DNA of 64,000 nt from Botryllus schlosseri (taxonomy: Eukaryota): assembly GCA_051294905.1 (NCBI GenBank), contig CM119371.1, positions 10,666,001-10,730,000 of the forward strand, in the 5' to 3' direction. A program made the position numbers and the translations under genes. Each line of letters opens with the position of its first letter. Positions within the stretch are counted from its first letter, which is position 1. The notes under the pieces are model-generated. The model was not told the origin of the DNA, ran no database searches, and was given only the letters and a program-made list of their open reading frames with translations. Of the stretch, positions 12,961 to 27,900 are shown in pieces.

Positions 12961-15900
12961 GTAAAGTATATTCGTAGACTAGTTACGTATCGTCGAGTAG
13001 TGAAGCGACGATCAAAAAATACGACTGTGTATATAGAAGATGACCCTGTTACAAGGGTTGATTGCATAAACCCAAACGAAATGATTTTTATTCAGAAAAT
13101 AAGTGGGTATAATTACTGTCACTCGAGTGCATGAGGTAGGCTATTGTTTTGTCTCCTGTTATCAAAATAATGCGGTAACTTATAGCAGTATACTGGCTAC
13201 CAAAGATTTGCGGGCACCCGCAGGACCTCGGTACCAAGTTAGATAATACCTTTAGAAAGATATAATGGATCGGAATATTGCATCATCCGTATATGAACAT
13301 TGAACATCAATCCTACAGGAATGTAGTGTGTTTCACACTGTTGTCGTGAACTTCAAGGTGTAACATCCAGTCTAGTACACTACAAAGGTGTACAACATGC
13401 GGCCTCAGAAAACTGCAGCAGTTATCACCAAATTCAATAGGCATGAATTGGCGACCGTCAACATGCAGGTCGGACATACCAACTCGCCCCCAAGCTCGCA
13501 TATGAAATAAATAGCATATTCCAGGATAAAGGTTGTCATTCCTTGAAAATATTTCGTAAATCAATATAGAATACATAGTATTGTTGGAACATCGACTTGA
13601 AGCATCGCGTGATCTGGTGATACTGGATTCATCGATATAAATATCGGTACTCTTCCCCTTCCTCAAGAAAAAATACGCATAATGTGCGGTAATAAGTTCA
13701 TGCTCACTCGCAATTATGCGAGAACGCCATATTGATAATATCGCTTATGGCCTTTAAAATGCTTTAGCTCAAGGATGTGTAACCTGTCGGTGCGTGACTA
13801 TAATTAGGCTCTGCCACTGTGATATAGTATAGTCATTGCTTTCGCGTCCTAAATTATCGAATAAATCCCCGCCATCAACGATATACCAGTAAACCTGATC
13901 ACATGGCCCGAGAAAGAATAATAATTAATCGCAATGTATTCAATTAAAGATAACATTGACCTAATGCATTTCTGAATTTAAAAAAAAAACTCCCCGCGAA
14001 ATTATGATACTCGAGATTTCAGTGAATATGGTAAACCCATCGCATGATCTTTACCAGAACCTGTTCAGTGCGAATGATAAATCTGTGTATGATTTTGGAA
14101 TGATATCCATAGATAGCGGTGTTGAAATGAAGCACCGTATTCATAGCGCGTTCTGCGGAATGAAATCCACCCAGAATTTGGTTAATCATCGCTTCTGCGG
14201 GCCCAAGACCAACGTTTGGTGGGGATGACGAAGTGATGTTTCAATCCTGTATATACAAAAAGGGTTGTACAACATTTTAAAAATGCTGCGTTGTAATGTC
14301 TTATTCTATGAATAGATTATTGATTAAAAAAACATAAATGAGCCTGCAAAAACCTCACAGAAAAGCCGTTATAATTTCATTCAAAGCTTTTGAAAGTAGC
14401 AGCCGAAGACTGGTCGTGCCACCAACCACAGAACGGTCAGAAGCAGGCAGAAGACTGACAGTACTTACGAAGTCGCGACTCTTGATTAGCTAATCGGCTA
14501 TGCTTCAACGGTCATGACGGTGCCAGTTTGCTGACTAGCAGAGATGAGCGGATTTGAAATTTCTATGTCCTAATCCAATCCAAATCCGAACCTTCAAATC
14601 CAAATCCTAATCCAAATCCATAACTTTTTCATATTGAAGTCCATGTCCAATCCTAATCCGATTCCAACTGGAAATTCAGAAAAAAAAAACTAATTTATGC
14701 AATGGAGGGATTCGAAAATTTTCTTTCTCAACTAACAATTCACTTGATTCAAGATAACCTAGTAACCATAAGTACATTAATAACTGATCTGAATAAAGTT
14801 TGTCACCATTCGCCACACGACATTTCAATCTCCCAGAAAATAGGTCAATCCAATCCAAATCCTAATCCGTTCTGAAAAAAGTCTAATCCTAATCCAATCC
14901 AAATCCGACAAAATTTCACAAATCCTGTTTTTTCAAAACCTAATCCTAATCCATGCTCATCTCTGCTGACTAGGTACTAAGGAAGTCTGTTGATGGCGGA
15001 GGATTCTGTGAGCGCATTGTAGGTTGATTGGCAAATAACGATTTAAGATTCATTCAGGACATGTTGAGTCCTGAAAGACATCACGAAGTAACAACAGCTG
15101 TTTCACTAAAATTCTTAAAGCATGACTGGTTTATTTAACCTTACATTCCTTGTTTTCATATGGGAGAACAAAGAAAAAAACCTGAGAAATACTGCAAAGG
15201 CACTTATGCAAGTGGCGGACAAACTTTTTGCTTCAGAAGCGATCCGACATCATTGAATACAAACAAAGCAATGGCACTGTACTTTGTCTGGTCTTACTGG
15301 GCTCCCGTCACAGCATAAATGAAATTTTCGATGTTCCGGGGATTGAGTGAAACAGCCGTTTATGCTTGTCACTTATAAGTTTCCTACGGCAAAATGAATT
15401 CTGCCGTAAGTGCTGTCGAAGTCCTTAGTGATGCCGCAGAAAGAGGCGAAATGGCAAGCACAGACTATGGCGGAATGACTAGCCCAAAGACAGTTAGCCT
15501 GTAACTTAGCATGTCATGAATGAGTAGAAACTCATTAACGGCAGCATTACCGCCCATGCTTGAATGAAACCTGACCTGAAACGGGTATAAAAAAGAGCTA
15601 AATACATTGAAGCGGTGCGGAATTTACACTTCTTCAGAGCTGCACTGTAAGCTACCTGTTTGGCAGGAGCATGCAGGATTGTGTCCTTCATCCATCTTAC
15701 ATTGCGTGATGCACCAATTTGTCAATGACTAATATACTTTAAATGTATCCAGGATAGCAAGAGTAGCCTACAGACGTAATCGCAAGCATATCCGACAGGT
15801 ATTTTTTAGATATATCTTTAGTTTTATAAGTGCACATGTGATCACTGCTCAACTGCAAATTCAATCACATCTGTCATGCCTGTAGCATTATTACACCAAA

Positions 15901-18900
15901 CTTATCTTAAACTACTCTTACAACTAATACATTAGATGACCAGATGCCACATTATATTATTAGATCACCAACGTGCAATCCGCTTATACAATCACTGACG
16001 TCAGTATGTATACTTCATGAACACATAGAAGCACCTGATGAACATCCGTTGCCGTCGTGATCATTGACGCATAGCCGGTCAACCAGTCAAAAGCCGTTAT
16101 TTCGTGGTTGCTAGTCTCCACGCCATTCATAATGGCTTTTTGTGAGCTTTTTGCAAGCTCGCTCATGTTGTTTTAATCAATAACCCATAGAATGAGACAT
16201 TACAACGCTGCATTTTATAAATTTTCTTAATTTTGGGCAAGCATATTATCCATGTCACTAGAGTTGCATTTAAAGCAAAAATCAATTTAAAACAGACATG
16301 TTTAAAACAAGGCTGTCACTCTGGGTGGACAACTAGACGAAAAAGGCTTCCGAACCATGTCATAAACGGTCCAACATATCTTTAACCAGGACTACATCGT
16401 CATGCAGTATTTTTACGGTCGGATGGTCATCATCATCAGAACATCCATTCCACACCAATGATCTATGTCCACGTGCCATAACCGACGAAGATTTAGCGGG
16501 TTCTATCATTTTTTACAGGCATTATCTTAAACAGTTTTCAAAACATGTTGTGAACAAAGTGTTTTGAAACGCTATCTGTTCTAAATTTAACCCTACCTGT
16601 CACTGTGGAATTGATTTTAGATCACCATCATCGCCAGCCAGTGGATCAATAGTGCTGTTGCCAATTTACTTTTACGTTTCGTCGAGAACGGCTATATTAT
16701 ATGAGGAATGTCTTTGTCATTTTGAGATGTTCAACAAGTGCAAGTTTTAGTAGACGACGAAAATTTATATATAAATCTTTCAAATCGGCCTCATCCGAAA
16801 TGCTACCTCGGAAAATCTATATAGAACGGAGACGGATGATGATCCTCAGAAATAGCGATGCCGAAAGCTGTTGCGGGACGCGTGTATGTCCGAGAAAGGC
16901 GTTGTTTTATTTGTTGAGATTCTACAATTTAAAATTATTCATGTTCAAGGTATTTCATAAGCAATCATGGATATTTGGCGTCTTGGTTGCCCTTCATGTC
17001 TGCGCGCTAGCAGTCGGGCATACGATATGGAAGTAATCGATTTTTCGTCACTAGAACACCCCGACCATGATACCGGGGACTACAACTATCTACATGCTTA
17101 GTTCATGATGAATGCATAAAAGTAGTTAGACATGATTGCGGAAAAGACATAATGTCACCTGCTTAGAAACTTGATGTTGTGCGAAAACGACATCGGCGAT
17201 CTTACACAATCGTGAAGTCACATGACTACTATGCATTCCCACACAAGATAAAATTTCATCGCCTACCCTGACCCAAGAATTCAGAATAAAATGTATGATT
17301 GTCATGGAAAGAGCCTGTGACTATAATGGCGTATGAGAAGTTTCTGGATCTAGTCTAATCTAGTTCATTAGATCGTAGGTCATATCTATTTTATTCAAAT
17401 CCAAGGAAGACCTTTCATTACATACATGCACACAAGTCACTCATGGTCGTTGAATGCGTCACAATTCGTTATGTTCGTGCCGATTTCCCGCAAGACTGAA
17501 TGTATTGTATCGGGAGTCGGGACTATAACGAATCGATGGATGGGATATGCCCTGTCATATATGGAAGTTAGCAATACGCATCGCCAATATTTCTCAATAA
17601 ATGCTTTCTCGTTACTCATGTTGGTGACTATGAGTTACATTCATAACTTTACTGAAGTAATTTGGTTCGACCATGCATGATTGAATAAAAAGAAGAAATT
17701 TAATTTTCAACAAAATGAATCCATATTGCGCGTGCTCAGCAATGGTAGGCTACTTCACACAAATGCTGAGATCAAGTGGTACTTCAAAACTACCACTGAT
17801 TTTCGTTTAATTGTTCTAGGATTCAGAGACGGTACGACCACTATGAAGAGTCTTCTTTCCTCTCTAATCAGAATAAAGTATCATATTAAAGGATGGTATG
17901 ACTATTCGATTTTACATGGAAAAACCAGAATAAGCGACGAGAAGCTCTTACCTGGTGACAACAACATTGTGAGTGATTCGTGATCCTATATTCGACGATT
18001 CCACTTACAAGTATTATTAAATTACGTTCATAAAGCTGTATAAGATTTAGTGCTGAAGCGACCAACCTTTTCGGAACCAAGAGCTACTATGTGGTACTGA
18101 TAATAAATGCGAGGGGTCACCTGTTATTGCCGCCGTTTATCCGTGCTTAATTGAATTTATTCATATTCACATTCAGAGCATTTGGCAGGGCATCCACTCT
18201 TTAGTAAGAAAAGATAAACTTATACCAGGCGTCATGCCAGCGTCTGCAAGTTGCGTTGCCACATGCGGCGCCAATCTCCAATACGAGTTTAGATAATAAC
18301 CAGATTCTCTTTCGGACTCACAAGCGAAAACTGCGTTCTAATTTTCCTTAGTATCGACCGACCCGTTTTCAACTGCTGTTCACATGGAATCAATCACCAC
18401 TTCCATACCTTCAAAACTCTAATTTGAATATTTGATACTGCCATCAATGGCGACTAATATAGTCCTTACGAGCGATCTGGTGCTAGCCGGCACCGCGTTG
18501 GTGACGCCTGATTTAGATGGTATCTCATGTTAAGCAGCATCATATCTTTATACCTGATTTATTCGTTTGGCTTGATTTAGGCCAGGGTGAATCAATTGTG
18601 GTTTAATTAGGGTAAGGTCTAAAGAAGGCGCGATTTTCTTCAAATCTATGACGTCACATCACCAGATCTGAATATCTTGCTGCCATCATTTTGTAATGAT
18701 ACTTCACCAGTAAGGCGAATATTTTTTGACTTAAAAACGGACGATTTCACACTAAAATTTTTTTCGTTAAGATTGATTTTTTGACAATGAAAAACTACAT
18801 TTTGACACCATTTTGCGCTCAAGGTTATTTGTAAAACAAGTCAATCAGTGCTCGCGAATACTATGAGCCATCATCACCCATTCAGGTTGAACAAGTATGC

Positions 18901-21900
18901 CAAAAAAAGAATTCCGACAGCAGAAATGCAAAGAAGGTTTGGAGCAATAAATATTTGTTCACTGGAGTCAGGGGTACATCCGCCCATTTAGTTTGTGCCG
19001 AACAGGCGGCCGTGTAATGTCATTTGGTCAGACAAAAACACGGATACCGACACTCGGTCAAGGGAGGGCGAATTTCAGACGACTGCAAGCTTCGCTCAAC
19101 AACAAGGCCATGCCACCATTAAGCTTCACACTGCTTGAAAGGAAGAGACCAAGAAAATAAGCTTTGTAGTATCCCAAATACATTTTATTGTCTTAATAGA
19201 GAAAAAGTGGTTAGGGATTTCAAGAATTTCAAATGTATTATGTTTAACATTGTTTCGAATCAAGATGGCAACTACATATTTTATTAATCGTCATTTTCTC
19301 ATTACCTAATATCAACACAGCCACTGAGCAGCGTTTATTAACATTGTAATTCGCTGCTTTCAATTTAGAAGTAAAATTAATTCACCACAGAATAGATTAA
19401 ATTTTCAATTCGGCCCGCCAACATATTTTCGGTTTCTCATTTGGCTCGCCGAGAAGAATAATTGCCCACCACTGATCCAACCCCACATCTAATACGTTAT
19501 TATAGATTACTGGTGCACAGAATTAACTGTGCATGAACAGAGTGCTAAAAGAACAAAACGACTAAAATATAATTTTCACACAAATCGAGACGAATGAATA
19601 TTTTTCGAAAAACAATGTGACGTCTACTGCTCCCTTCCTGATACCATTTCAGAAATGCGAGGATTCATCTCGAAAAGTGCCATCGTGTTGTTCGGTCGAA
19701 ACGCAACAGCGTGATGTCAATTGCTTAAATACAAATGACCTAATAAATATTTTGGATAGCATTGTCCGTAAACGCCGCTGCACACGACGTACCACCACAT
19801 CAGTCACACTCGGATTACTGACAGGGTCTAATTACGTAAACAGCATGATGATCAAGTCCGGAGTATCCGCACTAATCATTTGGGCTTTTTTTGTCACCGA
19901 ATAAACGGAAGATTTTGACCTAAAAACTCAAAATATTGACGTTTTTCACCTTAAAAACCTTAATGTTGGGCCAAATTTGATCCCATGTATGTAAATGAGG
20001 TGTTTTCCCACATCTTCGAATTGTACTACTTATCTTCATTTCTGGTTGGAACTGTCTGTACTTACGAAGTAGTTTGGCCTGGAAAAACTTTTTTGACTTT
20101 GAAACTGACAAATTTTTACATGAAAAAACTTTCTTTTAACGAAATCTGGCCCTATGAAGGATTCCAGTAGTTACGTCACGTATTATTTGTTGTAAGTACA
20201 ACGAAAGATACTTTCCTACATTATCTGGTAGAAAGTGTCTGTCCTTACTATGTAGCTTGCCAAGAATGGAGAAATTACGTTGAACAGCAGCAGTTGTTGG
20301 CTGACAACGCTCAAGTTGTGCGTACAATGCTGGTGACAAACCGTGGTGCTTCTTTATGACAATGTTGCATACATCACAATTTTTCATCTTGTGCTTTTTG
20401 ATATAATAACCATGTCAACCTATTTGTTTCACTCGACCGTTTTTGATTCACAATTAGCTGGCAATGGGCCACCTACAACGGTGGGCCAACAAAGTAGGCT
20501 ACCAGCTGTAAAATGTCAAATGTTAATTCATCAATAGCCTTTGTATAAGCTATGGCTCATCGACAGCGCAAAAATCTACGATACAAACGAAATGCAGGAT
20601 GCCAAATTTTTTTGACTTTGTAAACAATTTGACAATTCTTCGACCTATCGCTTTGGTGACCCCTGCCCTAGTACTTACACCTATATGTATTACCCATTCA
20701 TGACGCATGCAGTGAAAGTTAGTGAACTGTGACTCCGCATACGGTCCGCGAGGATGTCGATTGTAAATATATTCAGGTTGCATTTATAAGCGAGATGGAG
20801 ACAAGTTTCGCAGAATACGGCATCGACCACCGGTAAGTTATGATATTTTCATACTAATACTTTGATTCTACAGTTTATTATACCGATTACTAGGGTTGCA
20901 TTTAAAACAAACATTTCTAAAACAGGACCGTTGTTTAAAACATGTTTTTTTTTGTTTCTGTTTTGTTTTTTAAAGCCACGTCTTCACGAATATTTCTTTG
21001 TGACGTCATAGTAGAATGACATTAACAATTGAAAATATCGGGTACTAGCTCCTTTGACGAAATATCTACGTACTATAGCTGTTGAACCGACTATTGTGAG
21101 GCTTCCAACCATTCTATGTCGTATACGTCGGCTTTATTGAGTGATAATTGTCCGTAGACTCATTCATCGTGTTTTTTGGAAAGTATTTACACAGTTATGG
21201 CATGATTTTGCAACTAAATAAAACAATTTTGGTTAAAAGGCCTTTTTTAAAGATTGTTTGAAACATGTTCTGAACAAAGTGTTTAGACAACCATTTGTTT
21301 TAATTGCAACCCTACCTATTACACTGCAGCTTATTCATCATAGTAAATGCTACTTCAGTGGTTCTTAACCGATGTGCTGCTGTACATTAGTGTGCAAATT
21401 GGGCTGCTCAGGAATGCCGCGGGTAAATGAAGTGTTAAATAACGTCGACCTATAAGAAAATGGAATCCAAATTTTTACTGTGGCATTGTCGATGGTTCTA
21501 TCATTTTTTCTCGTTCAGGACACACAAAGTACAATGCGAGGCCATGAACAGCAGATACGAGAGTGTCGAAACCACCAAGTAGCCTACGGTCTCTCAATCA
21601 GGCATCCCCTGAGCCTAATGTCCAATGTGCCAATGTTTGACCTATACCAGGGTCGGCAACCTTTTGCTAGTCACGGGCCAAATTTCGAGTGCACAACAAT
21701 TTGGCGGGCCGGAATTTTCCTTAATACTCTATTTATCGATCACGTCGGCATATTACCCTACAATGCTGCAATCTCAATCATACAAATCACAAAAAGAGCA
21801 AACCACACGTATTTACACTTCAACAACGCAAGATAAATGTGACACTTGGCGCAGCTTGCTTTGTGAAAGGTTTTCAACTTCTGGTAACAAGTCAGATGAA

Positions 21901-24900
21901 GCAAGAATCAGACCATATTCTAAATGGGTGTTGGAATACGTGATCTTAGCTTGCTCTTCGTGAATTTCATTGTTGAAAACAAAAGTCGATGCCATTTCTT
22001 TTGCATTGCTGGTCAAGTTGGGATGAAGACCCATTTCAAGAACGTACTCTTTGTCAAAGTCATTCAGCGATATGCTCTTTGTATGAAATTTGTCATTCAA
22101 TTCAACTGCATCTCATTTCAAATGGGGCCATTTGAAATTTTCTGGCAATGGTTTTGGCGTCCACATTAAACGTAGTACTGAGTAGTCAGAATTTATTTTG
22201 TACAGAACGAATGTCGGAAAAGCGGGTGGAAATTCAGTAATTAAATATCGTTTCTCACACTTACAAATGTATAGTGCTGGTACTAGGTTAACTCTCCTCC
22301 AGAGGAAAGTGAGCATAATTTTCTTTGTACTGTTGACATTCCCAGAGTCGCAGTTTTGTTTCGAATGCGTCTCAACATCTCATGTATTTAGTTGTTTCCC
22401 CCTGAAGTTCCAAATTCAATTTGTTTAGATGTGACGTTAAATGTATTACGAAAGCTAGATTAGATACCCATTTTCGATGACAAGATTATGAGTTGGCGAT
22501 GTTTGTATTTTCAAGGAAAGTTGCTATTTCATTTCTCAGTTCATACACTCGTGCAAGCATAGCTTCTCGACTTAATGCCCGAACATGGCAGATATACAAG
22601 ACATTGCCATATTGATACTCTGCTTCTAGTAATATCTGAGGTAGGCTAACTGTCGGTCATTCAGTTTGTGAGACAGAATCAACTTTCACCATTGTGTCCA
22701 AAACACTATTCAGGTTTGTTGTCTTAGCGTAAAATGTCTTCTGGTGAATTAAACTACAGATGACTAACCTACGGATGTTAGTTAAGTATAATGAAACATG
22801 GAAAGTTTGAGATTTTGACATTGCGTCTGAGCAGAGGAACGGCACCTTTATTGTCGCACACTATCTGAGAGGCAAACCCTTAAAAAAGTATGGTATACCC
22901 TCGGTTGCGCTATACACCCGCTTGATAAGCACTGGTCTAGTCTACTCCACAAACATTCTCCATCTCCTAATTTCAGTACGAGATAGGCTACTAGTCGACC
23001 GCCTTCGCACCAGTTTTATGGCGTAACAATAGACTAATACGGCGTAGGATACTTTATATCGGAGCAATGCCGCATTCTTTCCAAGCAGTGCAGCACTGCA
23101 GATTGGAACTCATTACATAACGGCGGGCCGTATTATCGTGGGAAATAGTTATTTCGTCGCGGGCCGGACGATTTCGCTTGGCGGGCCGGATCCGGCCCGC
23201 GGGCCGTAGGTTGCCGACCCTTGACCTATACCACTCTTTTTCAGGCTTCCTCGCTCTTTTTCATTATCTTCCTTGAATTCGTCCTTGGTCGGGTCCTATT
23301 CAGGGCAGTTTTGTAACGTCACTATGAGCACATAGAACCAGTCGAGGGGTCTCCACCGTTGATGATGGTGAAACGCCAATTCACTCGCGTATAATAGCAG
23401 TTGGGAAGGGTACTCGAAGTGCTGGGGTGCCGCGAACTATATTATCTTCGAGACGGGGCCTCAAGCCCAAAAACCTTGACAACCACAGCGCTTTTCATAA
23501 ACTGAAAGTTGTTGTTCATATAATATGATTATTAGCGATATCAATTTCTTAAATATATATCCTGTTATTTAAGCTGAATTAATCACAGATTTTTTCCTTT
23601 CATTTGTGCTACTCTTTATCAATACCACATTTGTCAGAAATGACCATTTACAATTTCACGGGTTCAATGAGGCAACGACGCCATATGTTTACTTGAATGT
23701 TATCGGAAATGATCTTCAACGCTCCAAATATTTCCGAATTCAGGTGGATTTTGGTATTACGCGCATTGAGAACAATCACCGAATATTTATCTGTAATTTA
23801 CAGGTTACTTCCCACAGAACGATTCCGAATCCGACAGTCACTAAATTCGAAAACACGTCTGCCTCAGGAGACTTCTATTTACATTATCATGCGATACAGT
23901 TCGGAAATCTGTCAATGCCAACAGAGTGTCGGTTTTATTTTTACGTGTCAAATGAGAAGGTATGACGTGAAATAGGTAACAAAATGGATCAGGAATTGCA
24001 TCTATTTATCTTATATAGATGGTATACATTTTTGCATTTCCCAAAATATTCAAGAAAATATTCTAGGCCGGTGATTTTAGACTTGAAGCGATGCGATGTA
24101 TTTTCCATTGACACGAGAGAATTCTCTAACTTGAAATTTTGAGTATACACAGAGCAATAACTATGAATGGGTGGTAGCGCGCGCGACGTGAAAATATTTT
24201 TCAATTGACAGCACTTTCTCGCCCCAATTCAAATGCATTCCCGCCCGAGGTGGGCACGCCCGCTAGTTTGAGAACCACTGTACTAAAGTAAAAGCAGCCT
24301 AACATTCTATTCAGAATTGAATCACTCGTGATCTCGGTTTTGTTCCTAGCTAGCAATAAGAATTCTATACTTGAAGAACAATAAAGTGACTTTGGAGAAG
24401 TATTATTACGGTTCGAGTCAAATAATTGTGTACTATTACTCGAAGGAATTTGACTAGCACGATAGTCACTGAAATGCTTTCTAGTTTGGTCAAATCGCTA
24501 CACACCACAAAAAAGCATCATTCTTATAGTTTGCTATACATTTCCAAGTTTGCTGATATCTTACCGCGTGGTACCCCTCAACGTGACATACCTGACTTCC
24601 GTAGTATAGTTGTCGCTTTATATTTCAGGATTGGAGATCCACCCCACCAACGGTGTTTAATCAGTCGTACGAAACCATTACGTCTACTAGACACACTACA
24701 TATTCGATTGAAGGTGTTCCACGGCGGGTTTTATTTGGATACTTGCTCCTCTTCAGGTAGTTACGACAAAATACAACATGCAGGACACAACACATCATTG
24801 AAAATATCAATATTTGTACAGAAACACTGGAAAAAACTATACCTCGGTCGAACTGGACGAGGTTGCCGCTTTTCTCGTTAAAGCCGTGGCGAAGTTTCCT

Positions 24901-27900
24901 CGTTTAATGGAAGGTAAGGCGAAATCCTGCGTTAAGATTGAGCGACCTCAAAAGACGAATGTAACAGAAGTCACGAATGTCACGATGTAAAGAAAATCAG
25001 ACAGCAATCAACACAAACACAGCACTCTAGTGGCCAACAGGCACTAAACCTCCACAATCTTCCCCTCTAATGAAAGAAAGGCCAACATTAGAATTGTCCA
25101 TGTCGACGATCGTTCAGGCGTGCGTTTGATATTACCATCTTCTCAAAGGTGGAGGTTCAGTGGCACGTTCTGGCAAAGTTTCCAAAGAATCTTCCATGTT
25201 GGTACCGTCCGCAGTAGGCTCAACCACAGACGAATCGTTGGCCAGTGACTGGTCCGGTTCGGTGTGCTCCCGCTTCACCATCGACTGGATAGTGTTTAGT
25301 TGTGGTTGGATAAGGTGTGACGTCCTTGACAGAAATTCCTGATTGATGCCGGATCAACGCATATTTTGAGTTAGCTTCGGGCAATTCGACTTCGAGCGGA
25401 TGAATTAGTACACAAAAGCAAGCGGATATGGCGAAGGGCATTAGGCAACATAGTTTACCATGAACTTTCGGGCTGTTTTCAGGAATCTAAAAGCGACCCA
25501 TCAGATGCACCAGCCTTAATATGTCGGATTAATAACAGACTGGAAAAGGTCAAAACGAGGTAATGGAAACTTTTTCCGCTGACAATCCTGGAACGAATTG
25601 CTTCATTTTTAGGTCGAGCGTTATATACTGATGTAGGAAATAATATTCTCTCCGTCAATAAGTTGCTCATGTAGAATGCTGGGATGAAAAGGTTCATTAT
25701 GGATATCAGTTCCTCAACGCCCAGTGCATTGTGATTCTGAAATTTTGAAACTTATATTCCAAGTCCATAAGCTTGTACCAAATTGTTTAACCTGTGCTGA
25801 TGGAATACTCCACGTTCTGAATCAACTTCAATTTCGGAATCTTCTTAATGACGACTTCTCTCACTAAGATCCGAACATGCAAGGGCGTGAGCTTAAAGGA
25901 AGACTTGAACAGCCGAATGATGCGGATTAGACATATAGCTGATAGAAAATATACAGTTTAGTATTCGTGCTTCATCCTGCAGTTCGCATGAAGTCTGTAT
26001 CTAAAGCAGCTGGTCCCAATCATTTCTTCTTCATTCCCCACTTCGCAGTTTTTCGTTGTCTTCATTCCTCGCGTCCTAAAATACCTCAATCCTACCCTGA
26101 AAATGCTCCCTCAAATAAAATTTGGTAAGACTTCGTTTGTGTGGGATTTTTATTTATGCAAATTGAGACGCGCCCGGATTGATATTAACGACTCGTGAAT
26201 AGAAATCCAACATTGTGCAGTTGTTCGTAATTTATCTGAACAAACATGAATCCGAGTGCGAGTTTACTGTAGTCGTATTCTCTTTCAACCATATAGTCAT
26301 TACGTTTTCATCTAATTTGTTTACTCGAGTGATATGAATGATGTGACAGGCAATCTATTTGCTTGGATGACTGCACCCAATATCCCTGGGACGTCCGATA
26401 GTAGCCTAGCCTACACATAAACAATCACCTTTCATTGCAACAAAGACGTTTTTGTGTACCGGTAACCCGTAAAATTATACGAAAGCTTTATTGCACATCA
26501 TACAGCTCGTGATAAACGGGTTTGTGACCTCAATATTGGTTATCCATACGCATGCAGGCTAGAGCAGTGCTGCTCACCCTTCCTGAGCACCATCACGACT
26601 TTTTTGCAAAATAAATTTCATTCGCACAAACCAATAATATACATACAATGATTGGAAAGTCACGTGAGCCCTGCGTTTCGCTAGTCATGCTTCACCGGGG
26701 TTATCTTGGCGATGTAAACAAAAGGTTCGTCGCAATCGTCAGCAATCTTTCTTTAGGAACTAGTGTTGAAGTAGTGAAAATTTTCTATCATGACCGCTGT
26801 TGAAAGTGAAATGTGTGCATACTGTGTAGGTTTTGGCCACTACCGGCAGCATGTCCTAATATTTAGACAAAACCGATGTAGCAGTGTGCGAACGTGATGT
26901 AGCCTACATTGTGACCGGAGGTGGTCTCGCATGAGCAAATAACGGTGGGTATTTCATAGTACGAGGTAGTGTTGGGATCAGGACATTATCTTCGAGTCAT
27001 GGCAAATTTTCAATCTAGTCAAGAAGTCATTTCTAAATTTTTCAATTCAATTCAGACAAGTTCTAAAACTGACTCAAGTCTAATCTTCTCAAGTTGTGAA
27101 AATAGGCAAGACCTACTTGAGGACTTCGCAACAAACATCACGTATTTGAAGTAACAATAGTCATTGTTCCTTTGTTACGGAGGTACGAAGATTCATCTTG
27201 TGGTTTGAATGCTCCTATATACAATTGAATAATGTATACATTTTTCACATTCTATTGAATCGATTTGAATATCTTCGGTTGATACTCGTCAGGGGTAATC
27301 ATCAGCTTCTTGTAAATACAGTATACAATTGACTAACAAATATCTGCGAAGTCTGGTCTCAACTTACTTCTTCAAACTACTCGAGTACTTCCCAGACCGT
27401 TCATTGTCTGCTTCAACAAGTATATTTTATTATACAATTGACTAGCAAAAGTCTGCATAGTCTGGTCTTAACCTGCCTTTTCAAACTACTTGAGTACAAT
27501 TTAACATCTTATAAGTGTATGTGTGCGCAAGAGCGACCCACAATAGGAAGAAAGTTCCTGCCACTGTTCATTTCAGGTTTAATCGACTTGTGCACAGCCA
27601 ATGATATATAAATAATACTTCACAGCGTACCCTTTGCAGAGTCATTTAATTTTGATGTCGGCTAGTTTTTCAATTCCTACAGTCATAGTTGACTTGCAAG
27701 ATGGTGATTTCGAAGAAGTGGACGAAATAGAGGCAGTCAAACATTCTCCTTCACTCAACAAATTTCCAGACTCGCACAGCACCATCCCTTCTTTCAACAG
27801 TCGAGGTAATCCTGGAAGAAGTTGATCAAATAACAATGCGCCATCTGGATATTACAGAAGCACGACTCTGAACAGCTTAAGAGCCTCTCCTCTTCATGAA

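Noticed and set aside
27634..27836. Exon-like ORFs on both strands
   Set aside because: They do not fit the gene 1 phase chain, show no recognisable motif, and lie among transposon debris.
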